The translations under genes and the position numbers were made by a program. From positions 14,697,934 through 14,761,933 of the forward strand of contig OZ316899.1 of assembly GCA_973895155.1 (NCBI GenBank): a DNA stretch of 64,000 bases, read 5' to 3'. Origin of the DNA: Marsupella aquatica (lineage: Eukaryota > Plantae > Marchantiophyta). This document shows, piece after piece, positions 25,116-32,941 of the stretch. The notes under the pieces are model-generated. The model was not told where the DNA came from and ran no database searches. It saw nothing but the letters and a program-made list of their open reading frames with translations. The first letter of the stretch is position 1, and the number at the start of each line of letters is the position of its first letter.

Positions 25116-26041
25116 CCGACTGTGGTGCGTCCCATGGCTCCCTAAACCCAAGAAACCCCCCAGCTCAAGCCGATTCCCGCAGGTTTCGTGCTTGGCGAGG
25201 CCGTTTCCGCGGCTTAGCGGCATGGGACGCTGCTAACCTTCTACTACTACTATTAACATTTTACACACATATACTGGACAGATCCTTCATCGGGTCATGA
25301 GATACGTAGCCGGCCTAATATAGGTCTTCCCCTGTCTTCCCCTGTCTTCCCCTCCGTCTTGTTAGGTATGTTTGGATTCCGCCGCCGGAATGATCCCCAA
25401 TAGGCTTGGTTAAGCCGCTAAGACCTCTCTCAGCTCGACACATCCAACTCTCACTCCCCTGCTTACTTTCCTTCCTTCTGTTGATGTGGGCACTCTTCAC
25501 ACAAGTTAATGCGACACACAAATAGCAAAATGACTCATTCTGACTGAGTCATACCATGCACTTGCCATACAAACAGTACATCTCATACACCAGTTCTGCG
25601 AACTAAGCCGTGAGGCCAACTCTATTCAGCTCTTAGGCATGAGGAAACATGAATATACACAAGGGTCACTGTATGACTAACCGAGAGCTTCTCGTACTAC
25701 TTGATCCCAGCCCGGCTGGTGCAAACTAAAAACTTGCTAAAGAAGAGGCCCTGAGCTCCCCGCTGCCCAGGTACTTATCCTGGTAGTGGATCCGCCATTC
25801 TTTGCATCGTAAGCCTAATCTACCTGACAGTAATCTACTTGCCCGAATCTACCTATGTACAGCAAGGCAGGAGCACAAGTGTTGCTCCTACCAGTGGAAC
25901 CGCAATCCCACTAAGCTAAGTGTCAGGGCCGCTCCTGGTTCTAATCCTAATCCTAAACGTGGAGATCCGCGCCCGCCCTGCCCACTCACGCCTCCTCCCT
26001 CCACGTCCGCCCTCCCTAAAAGGAACGGCGCCCTTGCACCG

Positions 26042-29000
26042 TCACGACACCGGTGGTGGATCCTCAATGGACGCCCCCAACACTTCCCCCTCAGCCACTG
26101 CCGTTGGCCCGCCTACTGACAGATTACCTGCCCTTGACCGAGTCAACTCTCCCTCGGCCTGACTGGGTCCACCTTCGGCTTCAGCCTCGACACCGGCCTC
26201 GGCAATACCCACGGCTTCAGCCTCAGCCACTCCCACGGCTTTGGCTTCAGCCACTCCCTCGGCTTCGGCCTCCCCTTCCCCTAGGGTAGTTGGATCCTTA
26301 GCCGTGACCCTGTCTGGGGTCGGTGCTGGGTCTACCTCCTTGATCACCACGGCCTGTGAAGTCGTATTACTCCTTGACCTTGAAGGTTTCCGCTTCTTCT
26401 TCGTTGGTGGCTCGGCATCTGGTCCCTTCCCCTTCCCACTTACTTCCGGCACTGGTGCAGGTGGCGCGGCCTGTCCTTCGGCAATTACCACCCCTGGTAA
26501 CTGGTTTGTCCCAACGGGAGATGGACCTGCTGCAGCTAAGCATTTAAATACTGCGGCTTGTTTCTTCAGCCGCTCAGTTTGGTTGTCGGCCCGCCGCTGT
26601 AGGTTCTCCATCTTCCTCGTGATTTCCTCCAACTCCTCTTGGGTTTCATCCAGGTCCTTACGTGCCCCCTCCAGCTCATTTTTGGCCTCCTCCTGGTCCC
26701 TGTGGGCTTCCTCCAATTCCTTCTTCAAGGTAGCCCTCTCCTCCTGGGTTGCTCTTAGCTCCTTGTCGAGCTCTGCAATGATGACAGACTCCATCTGATT
26801 CATCTTGGCGTAAGTCTGTTCGAGCATCTCGTCCTTCTCCCTTAGGTCGGCCTTGAAGCTGGCCGTCAGGGACGCAAGCTCCTGCTGCAGCGCCATAATC
26901 CCTTGATAGGATTTCCCTAACTCGGCCTCCTTCTGCTCAAGGGCTCCGCGGATTTTCTCGAGCTCCCCTTTCAACGCCCATTCCTTTCTTTGGGTCTCCG
27001 CCATGGCCCGGCTGTTGGCTGTTATGTGGGCCTCCTCTGTATTCTTCAGCTCTTGCTTCCACTTCTCCCTCTCTTTGATCGTGTCGGCCAACTCTTCCTG
27101 CGTCTGAGTCAGTTTATCCTTGATATTCTGATTATCAGCCTGCGCGGTGTCCAACTGCCCCTGCATGATGTTCAGCTCATGTCGTTTAATTCGCAGTTCA
27201 TCTTGGGCTTTCTTGGCCGCCCTTAGATCTTCAATCTCGGCTTCCATCCTCCTAAGCCGCCGAATGACCTCGTCCTTCTTGCTTCTCTCTAAAGCCACCG
27301 CTTCTTCTAATTGGTGCTTCTCCAACTGCTCCCTATGGAAAAAGGGTCCTACCTCCAACTCCTCTCCAAAGATGCCGAGCGCAAGTTCCCCACACATCTC
27401 ACCATACTCCATGGCTCTATTCTTAGCGTAGGTGGAGTAAGTAGAAGTGATCGGCATCGCCCATCGTGGCCTCTGCTCCCAAGCCGTCCTGCGGATCTCT
27501 TCAATCGTGGCTAGAGGTTTGCTTCCTTTTTCGGCTAGCCGCCTGATGTCCTCCGGCCAATCTCCTCCTGGTAAATCCTTTTCCTTAGCCAGGGCGGCCT
27601 CCTCTTCCTGCTTGATTCGCTCCTGAAATTCCTGCACCGTCTGTTTTATGCCGTCGAAGCTCGGGGGGGCAACGTCTGGTGGGGGAGACTCAGGGCTACT
27701 CTGCTGGTTGGGGTCCCCTCGCACTACCCTTGGAAGTGTGGGGACAAACCGGCCACAGGTCCTTACTCCTGGAACGTGATGGTCCGACCCATAGCCGGAA
27801 TTATCATGGCTGCAGTCCTCCACTGCCTCCTCTACCTCTTGGACGTCCGGCTTCTCCCTCTCCTCTTCGTCGGTAGGAGCTTCAGGCAATTCTGCCTCAG
27901 ATTCGGAGCTTGAGGTTCCCACGTACATTCGAACACCTGGCTTGGATTTCGGCCTGATTCTCTCCTTGTCTCCAGCAAAGGGGTTTTCTCTTGTGAGCCG
28001 GTGTAGGCCTACCTCTGTAGTAGTGTCCTGCATTGTTGCCGTTGCCGTTGTTGTTGCCGATGCCGATTTCTTTTCTTTCTCCAGTAGTTTCAGCAGACTC
28101 TGCATGCCTGGTTGCTGCATCGGCAAGTCCTCCTTCCTGGGCCTAAACACCTGCTCGATCGTAGGACTAACAGGTGGTTGAGGCTTCTCAGCCAACGGCC
28201 TCGGCGTTGGAGCTTCCTCGGGTGCCCTTACCTGCAGGGGAAGTACCGGGGCAAAAGTCTGACCTCTGGCATACCGGCACAACAGCGGCATGTGATAGCC
28301 AAGCCGCGACACGCTCCCCATGCCGATTACCTGCTGCTCCTCCTTTAAGATCTTCTTCAATTGGTTGAGGAGGTACCCGTTGTAGTCCCGGCTTGGGTCT
28401 GGCCTTTCTGCCAGATAGACCTGTGCCTTGCCGATCTCTGCCCTCGGCAAGTTACAATGCATGGTCACCCGCAAGAAGTCGATCATCTCTCCTATGTGCA
28501 GGTTGGTGCAGGTGTTCCGGAAGAAGCCATTCTTCGTTGATGGCCCGGGGAACGACCGGAACTCCTTGTCAGGCAAGGTCTTCCTGGTATCAACTTTGGT
28601 CTTATTGCCTATCGGCAGGCCAAACACTTCGGCAATTACCTTGGGAGTAAGATAGAAATCCTTCCCATATATCCTCGTGCAATTGGTCTCGGGTTCCCAT
28701 GACCCCACGAATTCTAATAGGTCTGACTCCGGTACCTCCGGCTTCAGCCATGGTAATCTTACAAAGGCCTCCAAGCCGGATCCGGCCATGAAGCCTTGGT
28801 ACTTCTTGGTCTGCATGGCCGTAAAGCATGCATCCTCCTCCCGTGCAAAATGTAGTTGCACCTCCACCGGTAGGGTTGCCGCCCAGCCCTTCCAGGTGTC
28901 ATCCCTGGTTGGAATGGCCTTGATGGGATCGACCTCCTCTTCTTCGGCTTCTCCCTGCCTCCTGCTCTGCTGCTCGGCTGGCTTCTTTGGTGCCGCCGAT

Positions 29001-29407
29001 CTCGTTCTTTTTGCCGGGGTGGCTTCATCGTTGACGGCTCCCTTCCTCTTCATCTCTGCTGCCGTGGAGGTTTCTCCTAGCACCGTTGCCTGGGTCCACC
29101 TTTCCGTGCTACCCTTTAATTCCCAGTGTATGTCGTTGCAGTTCTTGATGGCCTCTCGGATGCCGACGACGCTGTCTTTGCAAAACAGAAGATCGTCGAG
29201 TTGATTGGAAGTAGGCGTCCACAGGAACTCGTCCTTGATGAGTTCGCCTCCTAAGAAAGCCGTCTTCTGCAGCTCCCACAATCGAGCGAGCTCCTGCCGT
29301 TCTCTAGCTGCCCTTTCTGATTCCTCGTCCTCGTAAGTCTTGATGTACTCAGTTGCCCGTTCGAACAGGCATCCCCAGAAATGTGCCACTTGATTGACGT
29401 TGCTCAT
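26042..29407 (-). CDS. 1,121-aa LTR-encoded accessory protein: N-terminal domain, PMD-like motif, long coiled coil, NLS, acidic GVAEAEA repeats
   Basis: Intact ORF wholly inside the LTR; LLEFVGSWEPETN..LTPKVIAEVFGLPIG resembles the PMD motif LI.AL.ERW.PETH.F....E.TITL.DVA..LGLPI.G; E/K/Q/L-rich heptads from ~aa 690 to 960; KKKRKPSRSR. Confidence 0.9.
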   Translation of the reverse strand: MSNVNQVAHFWGCLFERATEYIKTYEDEESERAARERQELARLWELQKTAFLGGELIKDEFLWTPTSNQLDDLLFCKDSVVGIREAIKNCNDIHWELKGSTERWTQATVLGETSTAAEMKRKGAVNDEATPAKRTRSAAPKKPAEQQSRRQGEAEEEEVDPIKAIPTRDDTWKGWAATLPVEVQLHFAREEDACFTAMQTKKYQGFMAGSGLEAFVRLPWLKPEVPESDLLEFVGSWEPETNCTRIYGKDFYLTPKVIAEVFGLPIGNKTKVDTRKTLPDKEFRSFPGPSTKNGFFRNTCTNLHIGEMIDFLRVTMHCNLPRAEIGKAQVYLAERPDPSRDYNGYLLNQLKKILKEEQQVIGMGSVSRLGYHMPLLCRYARGQTFAPVLPLQVRAPEEAPTPRPLAEKPQPPVSPTIEQVFRPRKEDLPMQQPGMQSLLKLLEKEKKSASATTTATATMQDTTTEVGLHRLTRENPFAGDKERIRPKSKPGVRMYVGTSSSESEAELPEAPTDEEEREKPDVQEVEEAVEDCSHDNSGYGSDHHVPGVRTCGRFVPTLPRVVRGDPNQQSSPESPPPDVAPPSFDGIKQTVQEFQERIKQEEEAALAKEKDLPGGDWPEDIRRLAEKGSKPLATIEEIRRTAWEQRPRWAMPITSTYSTYAKNRAMEYGEMCGELALGIFGEELEVGPFFHREQLEKHQLEEAVALERSKKDEVIRRLRRMEAEIEDLRAAKKAQDELRIKRHELNIMQGQLDTAQADNQNIKDKLTQTQEELADTIKEREKWKQELKNTEEAHITANSRAMAETQRKEWALKGELEKIRGALEQKEAELGKSYQGIMALQQELASLTASFKADLREKDEMLEQTYAKMNQMESVIIAELDKELRATQEERATLKKELEEAHRDQEEAKNELEGARKDLDETQEELEEITRKMENLQRRADNQTERLKKQAAVFKCLAAAGPSPVGTNQLPGVVIAEGQAAPPAPVPEVSGKGKGPDAEPPTKKKRKPSRSRSNTTSQAVVIKEVDPAPTPDRVTAKDPTTLGEGEAEAEGVAEAKAVGVAEAEAVGIAEAGVEAEAEGGPSQAEGELTRSRAGNLSVGGPTAVAEGEVLGASIEDPPPVS

Positions 29408-29680
29408 ACCCTCCTTAGGTTGATCGTCGGTATCTACTCTCTCCCCGAGTGCTTGCCTAAGCAGCTGACAGTAGTTGGCCTCCCGTAGTCGTCTGCCTAG
29501 TTCGTGCTCGCAAATGAGCCACTATTTCCTGCAAGCGCTCCTTACCCCTCTCCTTTGCCGGTCCTTCTTCCCGTTGATCCTTCCTAGCCGCCGACGCTTA
29601 ACGCGCCCTAACCCTAATCGGGTTTTCACCCTTAGCCTTACCTCCGGCCTCGGCCCGGGTTCCATGGTTGCCCCTAATTG

Positions 29681-29686
29681 TTTATA
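29681..29686 (-). promoter_or_regulatory. Candidate TATA box near the LTR 5' end, upstream of the LTR ORF
   Basis: TATAAA ~95 bp inside the LTR and ~275 bp before the ATG; conserved in the 5' LTR and in the diverged solo LTR (8474-8479). Confidence 0.35.
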
Positions 29687-29783
29687 TTTTCCTTGTTTTG
29701 TCACTATACTAAGGTGTTCCTAGGGTGCCTTCCTGCTTTACCCACTTAACCGGCCGAGTGATTCCTGTCTAGGCATCACATAG

Positions 29784-29793
29784 CTCCCCACTT
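29784..29793 (-). other. Polypurine tract (PPT)
   Basis: AAGTGGGGAG, 3 nt before the TGTG start of the 3' LTR. Confidence 0.8.
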
Positions 29794-32700
29794 AATTGTG
29801 AAGCGTCCTCGCGAACAACTTCATCTTCGTCCATATAGTATTTCTTGAGGCGGTCATAATGGATGCGAACTGGATATACCTCTCCCGTAATGTTGGCCAA
29901 TTGTACGGAGCCATTGGGGAACATCATGGTTACTCTAAAGGGTCCTAACCAGCGAGTGTAAAGCTTTCCTGGAAACCTACTATACCTACTGTCATAAAGT
30001 AGCACAAGATCACCGGTATGAATACTAACTACTTTTAACCTTTTATCATACTGCTGCTTCATGATATTCTGTCTATATTCTACTCTCTCGGCTGAAATCA
30101 TTCTCGCTTCCTCTAAAGCTTCTAACCTATATTCTCGCTCCTTTAGGCTCTCCTCCGCTGAGGCTCTTTCCTCAATTGTAACTTGAAATGTCGGTATCTC
30201 AAGTTGCGTGGGTACCAGGGCTTCTTGTCCAAAGGTTAAGAAGAAGGGTGTATGACCGGTAGTGGATTTATAGGCAAGATTGTAAGCAAAAACAGCAGCA
30301 AACAATTTATCATCCCAATCGAGTTTGTTCTGAGCTACTGTCTTGTTCAATATCTTTCCTATAATTCCGTTTGCTCGTTCTGTCAACCCGTTTGCCTTTG
30401 GATGGTAGGGAGTAGTAGGCCTATGTTTAACTAAATACTGCTCATTTAAACGACTAATTATATCATTCAAAAAATGGGTTCCTCTATCACTAACTAATTC
30501 TAGGGGTGCTCCATACCTGGTGAAGATCTGCTCATACATGAATCTAGCCGTAGTAATTGCATCATCCTTCGTTGTTGGTCTGGCCTCTACCCATTTAGTT
30601 GCATAATCCGTAGCCAGGATTATGTACTTGTTCCGTCGAGGGTGGGTCAGTGGTTTCAGAGGTCCAATGTAATCAATACCCCACTTCTCGAATGGTGCCA
30701 GAGGTAGAATAGGGTGCAGTGGATGCCTGGTGGACGCCCTTGGTCCTCCCGCTCATTGACAAGGATCGCATTGTTTGATAAACTGATAGACATCTTTGTG
30801 CAAGGTGGGCCACCAGTAACCGGCATTTAATATCTTCTTAGACGTGGTTACTGGGGCAAAATGTCCTCCGGCCTCCTCTCCATGCATGGCCCGTAGGACT
30901 CGTTTTACCTCTCTCTTTTCCAAACATCTTTGAATCGTGCCGTTGATTCCATGCTTGTGCAGTATGCCTTTAATGCACTGATACTGTCTGACCTTCCGCA
31001 CAAAGACTGCGGCTTGCTCTCGGCTTAATCCTGGCTGTAATCTGGAAGTGCTGAGAAATTGTAAAATCTCAGGGTACCATGTACCAGCTATTTCCACAAC
31101 GAATAGCTCCTCGTCGGGGAATCGATCATCGATGCAATCCGTGGCAGGTTTACCTGTGATCCTTGAAAAGAAGTTGGCATTGGCATGTAACTTTCCCGGC
31201 TTGATCCTCAGCTCATAGTCAAACTCCTGTAATAGCAAAATCCATCTTGCTACTCTGCCTGTAAGGTCCGGCTTATTGACTAGGTACTTCAAACTTTCAT
31301 GATCAATATGAAAGATTACCTTGTACCCTAGTAAATAATGCCTAAACTTTTTACAAGAATAAATGACTCCTAATGCTTCTCTTTCCGTGGTAGAGTAGTT
31401 CCGTTCGGCATCGGCAAGCTGACGGCTTGCGAAGTATATGGGATGGTCCCTTCCTTTCTCATCCAACTGACTTAGTACTGAGCCAATACAGAAGCCCGAG
31501 ACATCTACAAAAACATGAAAATCTTTGTTCCAGTCCGGTGCTATCATGACTGGGGCCTCTACTAACATCTGCTTCAATTCTACCACCGCTGTGACTCGTT
31601 CGGGTGTGGGTTCGAAGTCTGCTCCTGCCTTGAGCATATTGGTTAATGGTAAAGCTAGCTTGGCAAAATCCTTGATGAACCGGCGATAGTAACCAATGCA
31701 TCCCAAGAAGGATCTTACATCCTTTATGTTCTTAGGTTGCATGATATCTAGCCATACTGCTAGCTTACCTTTGTCAATCTCAATGCCCTTCCTTGATACC
31801 TTGTGACCTAGTAGCACCCCCTCGGTTACTGCAAAAAAACATTTATCTGGGTGTAACTTGAGACCCACCTCTCTACATCTCATGAAGGTTTTTCTGAGGT
31901 ATTTAGCATGTTTCGATGCCTTCCCGAATACTGCAAAGTCATCAATGAAGATTTCCATGAACTTTCTCAAGTAATCATGGAAAATGTTCACCATTAATCG
32001 TTGGAACATAGCTGGTGCGTTGCAGAGTCCAAACGGCATACGATTGAAGACATAGATCCCCCATTCCGTGATGAAGGCCGTCTTGATTTGGTCTTCCTGC
32101 CGAATCCGGATTTGGTTATAACCAGAGTATCCATCCATGAATGAATATAGTTCATGACTGGCTACCATGTCTAGTACCATATCAGTAAACGGTAAAGGAA
32201 AATGGTCTTTTAATGTTGCTTCATTCAGCTTCCTGTAATCCTGACAAACCCGGATCTTGGGTTTACCATCGGGTCCAGCTTTCTTGGGAACTATCACAAT
32301 TGGAGACACCCAGTCTGAATGCAGGACTGGAGTGATGAATCCAGCTTCCACTAGTTTGTCGATTTCTGTTTTGACCAGCAGGGAATACTTCGGGTTCATC
32401 CTTCGAATTGGTTGTCGGAATGATTTGGCTCCCAGCATGAGATCAATTCGATGTTCCCCTAGTGTTGGATCTACTCCCTTTAGATCTTGGTGACTCCATG
32501 CAAACACATCCTGAAATTCAATCAATAAGTCACTAATCTCTTTCTCGAGCTCAGGTGCTAGATTTCTCCCTAAGTTCAGTTCTCTTCCCTCTCCTAAGTC
32601 GAGCTTCCGATATTGCCGTGCTTGGATCATATTAATCTGCTTCTTCAAATTCGGGTCCAGTTCGGCTTCCAGTCTCTCTAATCTCATACCTCCATAAACT

Positions 32701-32941
32701 GGGATTTCGGCTGGACTAGCCGAGTCGGTCCCTTCCTTGGTGTCCATAGATTGTCCCCTTACCGGTCTATTCGGTTTTGAATTAGTGGTCGGCTCCCCTT
32801 CCTGCCTTGGCTCTGGATCGTGTCTGTCCATCTCATCCACCTCTTGCTCCTGAGAGTTAGGCCGCTGTGCTCTCTCGGCTTCTAATAGGGCCTCAATTTG
32901 TTCTGCCCTCGTAATCGGCTTGTATGCCGATCCCTTGGTAT

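Larger units (their letters stand above)
25121..29780 (-). repeat. 3' LTR (4,660 bp)
   Basis: Minus strand starts TGTGATGCCTAGAC and ends GCACCACA; immediately preceded by the PPT. Confidence 0.97.

Noticed and set aside
26042-29407. env-like gene
   Set aside because: No signal peptide or transmembrane segment; hydrophilic coiled-coil protein with NLS-like patches
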